Assembly (NCBI GenBank): GCA_002633005.1
Contig: NMRA01000086.1
Coordinates: 62,001-126,000 of the forward strand
DNA: 64,000 nt
From: Phoronis australis
Taxonomy: Eukaryota > Animalia > Phoronida
Direction of reading: 5' to 3'
Below, piece after piece: positions 25,618-39,400 of this stretch. Within the stretch, counting starts at the first letter, position 1; each line of letters starts with the position of its first letter. Below the pieces are notes generated by a model. That model did not search any database, was not told the DNA's origin, and saw nothing but the letters and a program-made list of their open reading frames with translations. Position numbers and translations under genes: made by a program.

Positions 25618-28553
25618 CTACCAAAATATACTGAAAAGAAAGAAGACCTACTTATAAATATAATGCAAAATACAAATCGCTTGGTTCTTTTAGTTTTACA
25701 TTTTCAATGCGGAGTGATGACTATACCGGTAAGCAAGTATACCAATTTATTGCAAGTCACAAATTGAATGCCTGTTGGTTTCGCACTCCCTAATTTTCAG
25801 TCAATGTCTACATATTTAAGAGGGTCATTTTGACAAAAAATGTGACACTCTCAATCCAGCTTTCTCCTACTGAAAGGCTTGACAAGGACTTGTTGACCCT
25901 CGTTGTCACTGGAGATTTTATTCTCATCAACTCAACCATACATTCGTGCTTAAAGAATGAATTCAATATGCATGCATCAACCAACTAGCGCAATAAGATC
26001 TAGCACCCCAGTCAATCAGTAAGTTGTTGCTAATCGCTTCATACGTTAATTTTGTATGCCATGGTAAAATCAAGGCATTTCATCCTAGTCATTTTGCCGT
26101 TGAGCTATGTTTGTCAAGATATTCATCGACACTATTTGTAGGCAAATAAATATTTTATATTGCAACAACTTGCAAAAATGCTGTGAAAGACAAATCACAA
26201 CAAAACCATTCAGGATCTGAGTTTCGGTTAAATTTCATGATCAAAATCTTCATTCTTACGACACGTCAGCAGGAGCTCTTTTAGCCAGCCAGCTAGCTGT
26301 ATGAAGACTTCGGCAAATACATATAATTTAGTATACAGCTTCGCAGCAAGGATAGAGCTCTTTTAGCATCATTGCTCCACATTGTTTACTAAACCCGGAA
26401 GACCCTAATCCAAGACATTATGCACAAAACTGACTAAATTTCATATGTATTCCTCCGCTATTGGTCACCAGACAAGGAATCCTACGAACAAACTGGAGAC
26501 TGAATTTTCCGCAGACACACTGTAGATAGGTAATTCCTAGTACAAGTGTACCTAGTTTGAAATGTGAAAAGGCAGGACACAATGTACCACATGCCTGGTT
26601 TCAGTTTCCATGAACCCTGCTAAATATTGAACAAATCCTTATAGACTGTACACAGTATGACCACACACAGAACAAATCAAGAGCACACACTTACTTGAAT
26701 ATTGACAAAGGAGGCATATCTGGCTCTGCTCCTTTTTTGAATCCTGAAAGATAAGTCACAGTGTAATAAAATTGAAGATGGACCCCCCCCCCAAGGTCTA
26801 GCACACAACGTATACATATATGCAGTGTTACACTTACATGAATTCTATGCCATGTTTGAAATGTTTTGCACCATGTTTGGAAATCTTAAGCCATGCCTTG
26901 CCTAAAAACCTCTGACCAATGTTTAAAATCTTAAAAAGCACATTTTCAGCTTTACAAAACAATTGTCGATTGAACTTATGTTGCAGAGTGGTGTGTATTA
27001 TTTTTAAAGTAAAAAATGATAATGACATAATAACATGCTCGGTGGACGAACTGTAATGTGTAAGCATAGTATTACCTTTTGTGCAGACTGCCTTTTGTGA
27101 ATTAACTTCCTTTGAAGAATAAACTTCAAAACCCAGGATAATTGACAACTGACCAGAAGCAAACTGCTAGCAATTTCAATTGTTATTCCTTAACACTGTT
27201 CACAGGTTGACCATTGTAAAAAGACACCAGGCATTTTTATTTCATTTCATGTTGTATCTTGACACAACGTTATACAGAGATTCAGGGCTAATGAACTCAC
27301 ATTCCTGCAAGATCATAATCAAGTCAGGATCTAAAAGTAATATTCAGTCAATTCAAATTTTAAAAAAGAGACGCACACCAAAGTCATTTCCCAGCGCTTG
27401 TATACCATGCTGTGTGAATTTGAAACTCTAAAAACGGGGATCACTTAGAAAAACGTAGGTATGGGTGAATTGACCAACACAGCCTGACGTTTATGGGCCA
27501 GTTAGGAGGACCTAGGGGCTATGTTAGTTTTTCTGTTCTTTTTCGCTTCCAATTTTAATGTGCCTGTTGGCCTGAGCTAAGCAATCACATTTCATCAATG
27601 AAATTATTTTTGCGCCAAAGACGTGGGGTGTGCCCCTAAAATTATCCCTGTCAAAATGACATAGCATAAGGTGTCAAAGAATGACAGCTAATCTACAAAG
27701 TGATGATGACCAGACAGGTGCACACAACAATATCCCTCACTGAAGTTTCTGTGGGAGTTACATGTGGAAAAACATGTGTGCATGAAACTCAGCCATAATT
27801 AAAACAAATATCGGCGAATTGCATAATGCCTCATGACATCTTGAGAGGATAACTTTTTGAAAGTTACGTTGAAACAACTCGAAAAATGTATGAGTTTAGA
27901 CACAGAAGAGCATTATGCCACACAGATGAGAAAATCAAGAATGGGCCGAAATTCAAGGAAAATGTTGGCGAATTGCGAAATTCTGGCAATATGTGCTACT
28001 TTTTTTTAATGTTCGACTGTAATCACAAAAATTTCAAAAGTTGGCATAAATGTTCATCTACCTAATAGTTGCATGAACATCAAGAAATACAATTCGTGAT
28101 TCAACACTTAATGCTTGTGTCTATGCAATGTAGACCAGGTTCATACAAGTCTTCAAGATTTCAGTGATGTCAGTGGATGTTTACCAGTTGACAGCCATCC
28201 CATGATCATAAATGATAATCAGTATCGCTACATAGCGAGTGTTGCTATAGATGAAATCCCTCGAATTTGTAGAATAAAGCTGTTACGAAAACGTTCTCTA
28301 TCAAAAAGTTTATTTAGACCACTTTCAACCACATAAAATACCTCAAAATTGATTTTAAGCAGAAGGTGGGCAAATAGCACCTGTACGATGATGTGTGGCC
28401 ATTGTATGATGATTCAATGTGCAGAGTACTTAAAAAGTGCACGTCCTCACCTAAATATAGAATTAGAGGTACAAAGCCCCAGTGGAATGTCTTCTGACCC
28501 AGCTTAACTACCTTCATCACTCGTTCCTGTGTGTCTTTGCTCATCTTGACCAT
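25618..28553 (-). CDS. TOMM7: Mitochondrial import receptor subunit TOM7, 54 aa, 3 coding exons
   Basis: Exons 28553-28451 (103 nt), 26743-26695 (49 nt), 25630-25618 give MVKMSKDTQERVMKVVKLGQKTFHWGFVPLILYLGFKKGAEPDMPPLSIFNIFW*; hallmark WGFIPLxLYLGFxxGAxP motif; GT-AG sites in phase. Confidence 0.95.
26282..26354. mobile_element. 73-bp minimal copy of the 9-bp-TSD (AcademH-like) family, in the last TOMM7 intron
   Basis: Both ends match the ends of 31073-31820; GAGCTCTTT duplicated at 26273-26281 and 26355-26363. Confidence 0.75.
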
Positions 28554-28630
28554 TCTGCTGCTCTCAATAAACAAACAATGGACACATCAGCAAGTCACAT
28601 GTACACCATCATCAAAAATCAGTTTAAATA

Positions 28631-29027
28631 CTTACTGTGGTTAGACAGTGACCACTGTCTCTAGCTGGCAGTAGAGACAATGAAGCAACTATAGGCGCTT
28701 CATACGGCAGAGGTATTTCGGTGAATTATGCCTCACACTGATTAAAACATCTAAATCACGCTGTTGTAAGCACCTTTTGCGCACTTAGGGACACCTTAGG
28801 AGGCCGTCGATGTCGCTTGATTACGGGATTATTTGTTCGAGTTGGGAGGAATTGAAGACATTGACGGCCTCCTAAGGTATCCGTCTATGCGTAAAAGGTA
28901 CGTACAACAATGTCATTTAGATGTCTCAATCAGTGTAAGGCACACTTTGCCGTCAAGCTTCAGGCGTATGAAGCGCCTATAGGTGCTTCACTGTCTCCAC
29001 ATGGTCACGGTCTACTACTGCGGTAAG
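28631..29027. mobile_element. Foldback MITE (~190-bp imperfect TIRs) immediately upstream of the TOMM7 start codon
   Basis: GAGACAATGAAGCAACTATAGGCGCTTCATACG...CCTTAGGAGGCCGTC vs GACGGCCTCCTAAGG...CGTATGAAGCGCCTATAGGTGCTTCACTGTCTC; outer CTTAC/GTAAG. Confidence 0.8.
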
Positions 29028-29821
29028 ATCTTACCATAAGGCCAAATTCACCAAAAGCATGCAAGTTTACAATGATAAGTACGATAACAGAGACACTGAG
29101 AGTTCTGAGCAACCCAGTAAGATACAATGGCTACAATTTGGGAAAAGTATTAATTTGCTGCACCAACCCAAGTCTAACTCAGGTGCGCCTGATCAATCGG
29201 CTCATGTCAGATTCCCTTTTGCCATTTGTAATGACTAATTCGCGTTTCCCATTTCTGATATTGACAAAAACAGCTATGGGTAATTGTTTACAATGTGACG
29301 ACATTGACCTACAAAGGTGATTTTGGTATCGTTCGATTCTGCTTATCTTTCTCGTTCAAAAATATAAGAATGTGTCCCCTACCACGTTTCCTCACTATTT
29401 TATAGTCAAATTTCTGTTTGTACTATTTCCCAGTTAAAACCGTCATGTTTGCTCAACTCAAGACTACAGCAACACCTTTTGCTAATAAATGAAACAGCAT
29501 CATCGATTCTGAATGGTGTTGCAGGCGCGAGATTCCCCGTTTCCCCCTAAAGTTTTCCTGAGTTAACATGGGGCATGAGGCAGCATAAATTTAGTATTGT
29601 AATCGTTCGACTCCTTTTTCCATGAAATTCTCAGTAATATCCTTTTCACAAATTTGGACCTCGAAAACAACCCCTTTTTCGCGGATTCTTGTAAGTGGAT
29701 GTGTACCAGAGCCACCGTAGCTTGGGCCGGGGGTCAAAGGTTCTCGTCAGTTTGAGCTTATGAAAGAGCGGCCCTCTGCAGAATACTAGTATGAGTGTCA
29801 GTAGGCAACACGTAGCACCTC

Positions 29822-30105
29822 GGCCTCGGTTGGCCGGTGAGGGGCTACACTACTTGCCATCACTTTCTGTACGAAATTTCGTCCCTTGTATTTTAAATAG
29901 GCGGTAGGCCAAATCCGGCCATCGATTAACAGTTTTCACCTCGTCAAAAATACTTTCTACACTGAAAACTATCACTTAAAAATGAGGTTACATTCCTCAG
30001 TGATCCTTTCTGCTTCTTCACATATCTTCGAAGTTCGATGAAGGCTTGAAGGCTTGAAGTTGAAGCGATAGCTACGAGAAATAGGTGACTTTGGCGAGGA
30101 GTCGA
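29822..30105 (+). repeat. Dispersed repeat family B, copy 1
   Basis: Clearly alignable to the reverse complement of 32290-32545 (shared GGCGGTAGGCCAAATCCGG, GTTTTCACCTCGTCAAAAATAC); weaker same-strand copy at ~33370-33470. Confidence 0.7.
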
Positions 30106-30227
30106 ACGGAACCAAAATCATCTGCGTAGATCATTGTCGTGATATTGTAAACAATTACCATGCCAGGGAGTTTTTCTAAACAACCTAGTCCCGGGCCATT
30201 AATACGAACAATTGCTAACCAGCTTAC

Positions 30228-30430
30228 CAAATACTAGTTTACTTTTCACGTATACCAAAAAAACTTGCAAATCTCACGCTTTGAGGAGAAGGCCTTGACC
30301 TTGTACACAGTCTAGTATGTTAAATATGATTGGACCACACATTGTTCACTGTCGCACTTTAGCCAATGGAATAGGTTTTTACAAAAGTACTATTACGAGC
30401 ATGTGCAGTTGATGACTACCGGTTTGCAAG
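30228..30430. promoter_or_regulatory. Candidate bidirectional promoter shared by TOMM7 and WDR75
   Basis: Oppositely oriented CCAAT boxes (ATTGG 30329-30333, CCAAT 30363-30367), YY1-like CAAGATGG at the WDR75 ATG, and a - strand donor TTG|GTAAGC at 30227 that could end a non-coding TOMM7 first exon. Confidence 0.55.
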
Positions 30431-33400
30431 ATGGAAAAGCATGAAACGAACTACAAGCCCATTGTACATTTGCGATTAGGTGCTAGTCTTGTCAAGTTTA
30501 AACCATTGCTTTCAAGGGACACAAAGTAAGCTGCGCTAGTAATACAACTGTAATAATTTCTGAATTAGTCCTGCCGGAAACCCAAGCCGGTAATCGAACC
30601 TGACTGGTGGAGTCACTGGAGTGTGTTCGTGCTGTGCGTGAACTTGGAATCCTGCTTAATCTCAAGATCGCGTATGCCTGAACTTGGAATTGCATATTGT
30701 TTAACGCAAAAAGGTGAAATTTTTGTTCGGTAAAAATTTTTTTGTAATTATTGGCCTCGCGACCAACCATATTCTCCTTTACCGTAACTTGTGTCGCTGA
30801 ACCGGAGGCGGAGGAATATGTGAATGGCTAAATATTTATTGTTTGGTGAAACTGATTGCCCGTAGTTGAAAAGGTTGGTGAAAATTGACATTATTTTATT
30901 CAAATATAATTTGGTTTAATGCAGTGCAAATTTTTATGAACATGAACGTGATTATTTGAGTGAACTTGTCAAGTTGCCTCGCGTATTCCAAGTTCACGTA
31001 ACACTCACTTCTGCTTAATCTTGAGATTAAGCAGGATTCCAAGTTCACATACAGCATTTGCACTATCAAACCTAGCCTTGTACAAAGCTGTATACTAAAT
31101 ATACAGCTTTGCACCAATGTGGGTAAAAAAGTGGTTAGATAAAATCTCCCTCTGACACAAAATTAGTGTCATTAAAAACTACAGTCTTCCTTGAGTAAAC
31201 TAAATTATTTTACGGTGTTGGAAAAAATGGTGTCCTACCATTATTCTGCTGCTAAAGTTAAGGAGCGATCTTTAGCGACGGCTTTCGTCGCCATGAAATA
31301 TTGCGTCACCTATTGGCCAGTTTCTTTTTTCGCCAATTCTTCAATTAACTGTTGTTCTTTCACGAGGTTGTGTACACGTCACTTCATTATAAGTTTTTAG
31401 AATTTTGATACCGAAAAACCAAATTTTAGAAGGAATTTTGCTGCTGCCAAGCTATCACCATCTCCCGAGAGATGTCGCAAAAATTTAGGAAATGGCGCGT
31501 GCATGTGACACGAGCGTGCTGTTTTCAAAGCGACTTCATACTTTTCATTGTTTGAAAAGGCGGAGAGTTACGCAAGAAAATGACGTTTATTGTATTGTTT
31601 TTCACTTAAACGGCTGTAACGGGCAAGGTGAGTGTCGTTTGATTCCCAGATTTTGCATGCACCCCGTCCGGTCTTTAGCTTTACATGTTGATACAAGTTT
31701 CACTGCGAGGTGACAGAACTATTCTGGCTGTGTGCAATTGCAGGGTCTACAGAAGAAATACACACATTGGTACCTAGCTGTATTTTGACGACAGTCTTCA
31801 TACAGCTAGCTGGCAGGCTATATCAAACCTACCTACCTAGCCTTGGCAGTTAAATTGCCCTGGATGCTGCAGGCATCCTCACAAAAAGTTCGAATTTCAA
31901 AATACAGGAAATGAAATCAAATGAAACATGCATATATGCACATGGAGTTATATTTAACACATCCCATAAGTCTGGAGATGATTCAGTCAAGATAATTTGA
32001 ACAAATCAATGAAAATCTGTTGCGGTTTGCTCAAGTTTTTCTTATCGAGTACCATTTGAGGAAGTTACATGAAATCATGCATGTTGATGAATAAAAAGTC
32101 CAAGGGACTCAAATCTTACAAATTTCACGTGATACCTTCCCATGCTATGTTGCAGGTGTCACGCGCCAGCGTCACGCGCTTCACTCATTCTTGCGCTAGC
32201 CTTTTCTTAACTCCCGTGACTCAGTTGAAATACTTTGCGGTTATCGCACGCGAGGTGAAAAAGTTAACGTTGACCAAAAAAAGTGGAGTTGCAATTCTTC
32301 GCCTAAGCCACCTTTATTCTCGTAACTAAACTTCATTGAAGATATGTGCAGAAGTAGTAAAGACCACTGAAGAAAGTAAGCACTTTTGAAGTAATAGTTT
32401 TAAAGTGTGGAATGTATTTTTGACGAGGTGAAAACTTCTAATCGGTTACCGGATTTGGCCTACCGCCCGTTTAAAATACACAGGACGAAATTCGTACAGA
32501 AGGCGATGGGAAGTATTGTAGCCCCTAACCAGTTAACCGAGGGGCTTCATGTTTCCTGTATCAAACCAGTCCTAGCTAGTAGTAACTTGCCAGCGAGCTG
32601 TATGAAGATTATCGGCAAAATACAGCTAGGGGTACTCACTGTGTGTTGAGCTCCATTGGACTCCGAAATTTCACACTGCCCGGGTAACTGCGCTCATCAC
32701 CTTGTCGTGAAACGTATATCAACATGTAGATCTAATCATGACTGGCGGAGGAGCATGCAAAATCTGGGAGTTAACTGACTCTCACCTTGCCCATTACAGC
32801 CATTTAAGTGAAAAACAATCCAATAAACATCATTTTCTTGCGTAATTCTCTGTCTTTTTTAACAAAAAAAGTCTATTGTTGTTTTGAAAATGGTACACTT
32901 GTGATACGTGCACGCACCATTTCCTAATTTTTGCAACATCTGTTGGGAGACTATGACAATTTTGCAGCAGCAAAGATGATGTTTATTCTGAAATTTGGTT
33001 TGCCGTTATTAAAATACTAAAACCTTATAACGAAATGAAACCAGTTCTGATAACTTGTTGTGACATGTTCGCAACCTTGTGGAAGAAGAACAGTTGGTTG
33101 AACAATCGGTGAAAAAATAAATTGGCCTATAGATGATGCTATATTTTATGGCGTTGAAAGCCGATGCATAAGTTTGCTCCACAATGTTAGGAGAATAACG
33201 GTAGAATGTTAATTTCTCTAACTCCGGTAAATAATGTATTAATTTACTCAAGGAGCATTGTATTTTTAGTGACACTGAGTTTGTGTCAGATTTTATTTGG
33301 TCAGTTTTTTACCCACGTCGACACAAAGCTATATATGTAGTTTACATCTTTGCACCAAGGCTATGCACAGCCCTTGGCTGGCTGGAGAGGACCTACAACA

Positions 33401-36400
33401 CTCCTCATAGGTCTCTGCGTTGATTTCATCATGTGTTCTATGAATGAACAGTAGGCCAAATCCGGTACCCTTCAAAAGTACATTTTACACTTAAAGAAGC
33501 ATAGGACGCGAAACTTGTAAAAATACCTTTTAAACAGATGGGGATGAATCTACTTCTTGGGGATGCTGATTGTGGGAGTTATTCACTTTGAATATTGCTA
33601 GAATTTCTAGATTCACTGTAATTGAAACACAGCTAAATATAAACTTTCATCCTAAAATGTACAGCTTTCAAGTTCTTCACCCTAGTAATATATATGTGCA
33701 CGTGCACTCAAAGAGGTTGGAGTTGGACTGACTGCGGCTTGTTTTGTTTACATCAAAGGTGACACTTTCCATAAAAGGGAAGTGTGCTACATCTACATCT
33801 TGCCATACCAAGCAAGAAGACTTACTTTGCTTTGCCATTGAGAGAAAAATTGATAAAGTGATGACCAGTTGACGGATCTTCTTTTGATATTTGAAACTAA
33901 AAGAAAAATGCTTTGACATCAACAGAAATTCAAAATCTTAAGGAACAAACTGTAAAAATACTTAGCGAACTGTTTGACTTCTGTTTCAATGGCAGAGAAC
34001 CACTTTAAACATAGTCGGTTTTGATGTTCTTATGCCACTTCTAATGACATGATTTGTGGAATGCTTTGTTTGCCCAAGGTGGCTGGACGTGATTGGCCAA
34101 AATATAAGCATTTTGCTCATAGATGTTAATGGTGATTAATCGAAGACGGCAAATAGGAACCCTTTGTTGACATTCACGTGAAGTGCCTGATCAGTCATCT
34201 CGTCTTCCTTTTTATAAAATCTAAGAGAAACATAATTGCTCGCCTTGCTAGGTCTCTGTTCTGCTGCTGTGGTCATGTAGTCCGAGTGGTCAGTACTGGA
34301 AGTGGGCAGTGCGTACGTGAACTGCGTGGTCACACAGATTTAGTGACAAGTGTCAAGTTTAACCCCAGGAACACGCTTCAGGTGAGACACTGTGACACCA
34401 ATTAAACTTGTTTATAGTATATCGTTGATATGTGTTTATAATGTGTTTCAAACTTGTGCAAAACCTGGAAATGGACAAAAATAGCTTTCCTTTAAAAATC
34501 ATGCATTTGGTAATCTTGTGCGTTAGCCATCAAAAGTTATAAAATTCCTCATCGTCCTCTAGAGGCCACTGGGTTCCGGTCCCGCGTGACCAGTCGCCAA
34601 GTTGCTATTTGAAAGTCTCCCATTATTCATTGAAACCATTCCATCTCCTCAATACTTTGCTGTGTGCAAGCTCACTATTATTGTGATATTGTATAAGTGA
34701 TTTCATATGCTCGTATTTTTCAACTCTGTGTAAGTACGGAACAATAGCACCTGTATCAACGAATTAATTATACCATAAAATTCTGTACATACTTGCAAAG
34801 TGATGCATTTTTTCTGTAGAATTTAGAAATTCACTGATTCCTGTTGTAAGACCATAGGCTAATATTCAAATGTAAGGTTAGAATGACCATTTCTTTAAAT
34901 GTAAGGCCAGCCGTCATTTTTTATGGTATTTTCTGACAATCGGCTATATTCACAATAATCATTGTCAATATAAATACTGACTGGCTAAAACAACTCCATG
35001 TAAATGTTGATGAAAACAAACATGTAATCAAGTTCAAAATGGCAAACATGGTCCTTAAAATAAAATAATCTTGCTTCCTGGAAAGTTTTGAAATAACAAT
35101 GTTTCTGAGTATTAAGCCATGGCTTTGTATTTAAATATAAGGTCGTTCTTGAATGTAAGACCATATTTGCGTAATATTTCAGTAAATGCATGACTGAACC
35201 ATGCGTTCAGTAACCTTAATACTGACGACAGGCATAGATTCTGCATTTGAGCTAAAGATTGTCCATAGAACATTTTGGGACACATTTAATATAATGCAAT
35301 TCACCCCTCTTACATTAACACAGGTCTTCACAGCCTCTTTAGACCAGACAGTCAGGCAGTGGGATTACACAGATGGTGTGCAACTAAAGGTAGTTGGTTT
35401 CAGTAGTGGTAATCACTGTTGGCTATATGCTGTTCTTGTGCTCAGCATGGGTTCACATTGCAACACAATATTCTATGATAACTAAGACTTGGACCTTTCG
35501 AGAGCATTTTCTTTCCATGAAGAGCTTGCTAATTTTGAAGTGTTGCCTGAGAAAGTATCATGGTGATGTCGTCATATTTTCAACAGAAATACGAAAAAGC
35601 AAGAGCAGAATATCTCGTGTAGTCAATGTGTAAGTTGTAGTATTTTAATGGAACAAACACAGTCTCACTGGTAGTCCTACGAAGCCCAGTCAAGCCGTAA
35701 TTATTATAGTGGTGCTCAGATGCGAAATTGTGGGCAACCTGGGCTGGAATGATCAGCAACCTATTGATGCAAAATGCAAAACTTTGAATTCTTTCTTCCA
35801 CCAAAACTCCTTAATGTAAGATATAGTAACAAACATTAGACATGCCTTAATTTCAGACATTGAAAAATAATTATTTTCCAAAACACAAAAATTAAGAGGT
35901 TGGGGGTAAATTTTAAAGCAGGCGAGAATAGAATTATTAGCAGTAAATTAATAAAATATAGTAAAATATGATATTAATTTTATGTTGTGTAAAATTATAG
36001 AATTCCTTTGATAGAAGGAGGAAAAGTACTCTTAAATTGAAAAGTGCAAAAATTTTCTTTTGATGATAAATTTCAGTGATTTCTTTAGAATTGTTTACAT
36101 TTCAGAAACCTTTCCTTACTTTTGATAGTTTGGTACTCATTACGTATTCTCCTCTAGGTCTACAATGTTCACTTTCCTGTACACGTGGCGCTTGTGCCCG
36201 GATTTGAGGATGGCGCCATATTAGCCGTAAGGCAATGTAAAGAAAAATGTGAGTATCATTACATGATTGGCTGAACAAGACAAGTTTTCACATTGTTTAA
36301 ATCTTCCAGCAGCTGTATGGTATTCGCTATTTCATTATAAACTTTTTTATGCTCTTTGTCTTAAGTTGTTTCTTGTAACTTCAACAAAACTAATTTTTCT

Positions 36401-39400
36401 TGTTTTTTGATATTTAAAGACAGATATGTCCATGAAGTCGGGTTTTGTTAATTTGTAAGTAGCATTTACAGATGTATGCACAACAACATGATGAAGACAA
36501 TGATAGAGATAATCATGTGACAGGAAGACGGTAACTGTGCATAAGCAGGATTACAAAATGGGCAATGAGTGACATCTATTGACTATAAAAGTGACAGTAA
36601 TAGTTTAGGACTTTCATGGCCAAAACAATCAGTACATACGCATTTTCAAATGTTACGTATTTTGAGCATTTATTTCTCTTCACCAAAATCAGATAAAAGT
36701 TTAAGTTATATTTAAAATCGTTAGTATTCCAACGTGCCAGATCGGCGAAGACTGAGGCAGGAAGTACCGGAAGGTGATGGACATTGTCGATAAGGAAAGA
36801 TCAGACCAATAAAGATGTATCCTGAGTACCAGTGTAGAATGCAATTTGGATACAAAATTTCCAATGAATAAGATTAAATTTAGAAAGCAATGCTGTCTTC
36901 AACACTGAGAGCCCTAATGCCTATGGATCTGGAATTATGAGATATCGGGATTTTTGGTAGTTTGGAAAAAAATTAACTATGCCGACAGCAAAAGATGAAA
37001 CTATATTGATGTGACAAGCCGAGTCATTACGTAATATTGTTTTTTTTTTTAGTTCAACATGTTTTGAAATTGAAAGTTGTTGTTTTGGTGTGTATCAATC
37101 CATCTTGCAATGGAAATTTAAACTTTTTGAAAATGTTGGAAATCGTACAAGTTTTCACTTACAAAATACGACTTTTTAACATGAAGGTTACAGATTAAGT
37201 TCTTAATGGGTTACCAGCCCTTTTGAAAATTTTGAACAATGAAATGAGTGACAGACATATAATCAAAAAATTTGCCATTTCTTACTTTCATCAATACTTC
37301 ATTTCTTGGTTTCTAGCTTATGATCTTGTGCGCCTGGCACTTTCCCTGAAAAGTGCCACTCCCTCGAAGCCATCAGTGATACTGCAGGAGGTGAACTGCC
37401 AAGAGAAACACATAGCCCTGGGCGTTCAGGTAAGGAATACTTAGCTCAATTGGACCAAGCTTATTTATTGTTTTTTTCTCCAAGCTTGAATCTTCTTGTA
37501 CCCTTGCTACCTATTGCTGGGTTAGCTTGGAAAAGATAGCTGATAATTTGTAAGGTAAATCAGGTTAGTCAAAATATCTTCAATAAGATTGTTGGACCAG
37601 TCTCCTGTGTCAACAAGGAATCCAGCGCCTCTATTCCAGAGGTCTAAATTCTGGCCGTTTTTATTAGAGTGAGTTGAACAGAATTGGTATCTACTCTCCT
37701 AGATGCTTTGTATGTCTTGTTGCAGAACCAGTACCTGGCTGCCATTACAGGAATGAAGCTTACAGTTCACCATTTTAGACAAAACAGAAATTACGAGTGA
37801 GTCCTTAGTTGTGTTGTACAGATTGCTAGAATTCCTTTAATATGGTTTCTGACCTTGCAAAGTCCAGCGAGGTAGCCACAATCTGCCCATGTTGGTGATG
37901 TTAATATTCTGAACTCTTATTTTTGATTTTTAGAATAATTTGTAAAATATACCCTGGATTAGAGAGAATTACAAAATTAATTGCAAAACATCCACAAAAG
38001 TCTTGTGAACTTTCGTTTTTCCGAATTTATTTTTGAAGTTGGTTAGCTGGAAGAGATATGATTTTTCATCTGTTTGAGCCAAAGTTGAACTGGCAAAATT
38101 GGCTTTTGATAACTGTTTGTGTTCCATTTATTATTATCTTTTCTTCAAAGTATATATTGTCCACTGGTGTGTGAGTGTAAGCAATTGCAATGTTGCCTGT
38201 TGGATAAAATTTGACTCTGACTCGTCACTGTTTTCAAGCATGTTCGCATTAGACGAGTGCTTATTCATACATTTATGAATTTGTTTCAGACATTGGTGTG
38301 GTGTCGACAGGACGAGACGTTTTACGTGCATCGCGTGTCACCCCACCGAGATGTGCATTGCAACTGGTTGCAGTGATGGCGTCATATTTCTTTGGTATGT
38401 CAAAAGTTGGATTACATAAAGCTTAGAATGCTTCTGAATACTGGCAGTGTTTTGTTTTTAGAGAATAGGGTTACTCATTTTAGAGAATAGGGATACTTGA
38501 AGCCTCTGTGTAAGTTTACTAGCACCCCCTGTTAAAGTGTTGTCTTCGTCTTGAAATACCGACTAGCAAGCATTAACCTGTCTTAAAATGTACAAAAATG
38601 TGTGGGAACTGTGTTCGGCATTTTCCATGGTTTGTGTCAGTTTTTTTTAATCTGAAAAACATGTTCAGTGTGCAGAACTTTCATTTCTAATCCAGGAAAT
38701 CATATAAAGTTAAGAAACAAATTCTGTCAAGCTTTCTGCTTTCAGAATATGGATTAATTTCTAATTTTGTAGGTGTTTGGCCAAATGCACAGCTTGTCAC
38801 TAAGTTCCTACATAACCTCAAAACAACATATTGCGAAGTATGGGAACATGTAGCCTTAAGCAAAACTGAAATTGGAGTTTTGTGTGACTATTGGGAGTTC
38901 TATGCTTATTGTTGTTTATCTGTTTCACTACTGCAGTGACTGACTGCCCTCTGTTGTCCAATACAGGTACAACTTCATGGGTCACAAAAAACCTGTTAAG
39001 ACCATCAACCACTGGCATGCCCTCCCTGTCGGCGACCTGACCTTTACGGCTGAGGGGTCATACCTGCTCAGTGGAGGTCATGAGTGTGTGCTTGTCAAGT
39101 GGCAGCTGAACAGCCAACATAAAGATTTCCTGCCCCGTCTTGGTGCACCCATAGATCACGTGACTTGTGCCCAGGACAACAGTCTGTATGTTACGTGTCA
39201 CACAGACAATGGTAAGGAGATTTTTGGTTATGTATGCTGCTAATTGGGGAAAATGTCTTCAGACAAAGTAAAGTTACCTTTTTGTTTGTGGTTTTTAAGA
39301 CAGTATTAATCAGTCCCGGATGTTTTATTTTATTTTCTTGAGGTGCGTTGATGTTTCTCTAATACCGAGATTCAGAAGTAGTTTGGACTATGAGAGTTGA

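Noticed and set aside
26465-26481. Alternative TOMM7 terminal exon (GFLVW* or KIPCLV...)
   Set aside because: The 25630-25618 exon gives the expected C-terminus and has a better polypyrimidine tract; no evidence for use.
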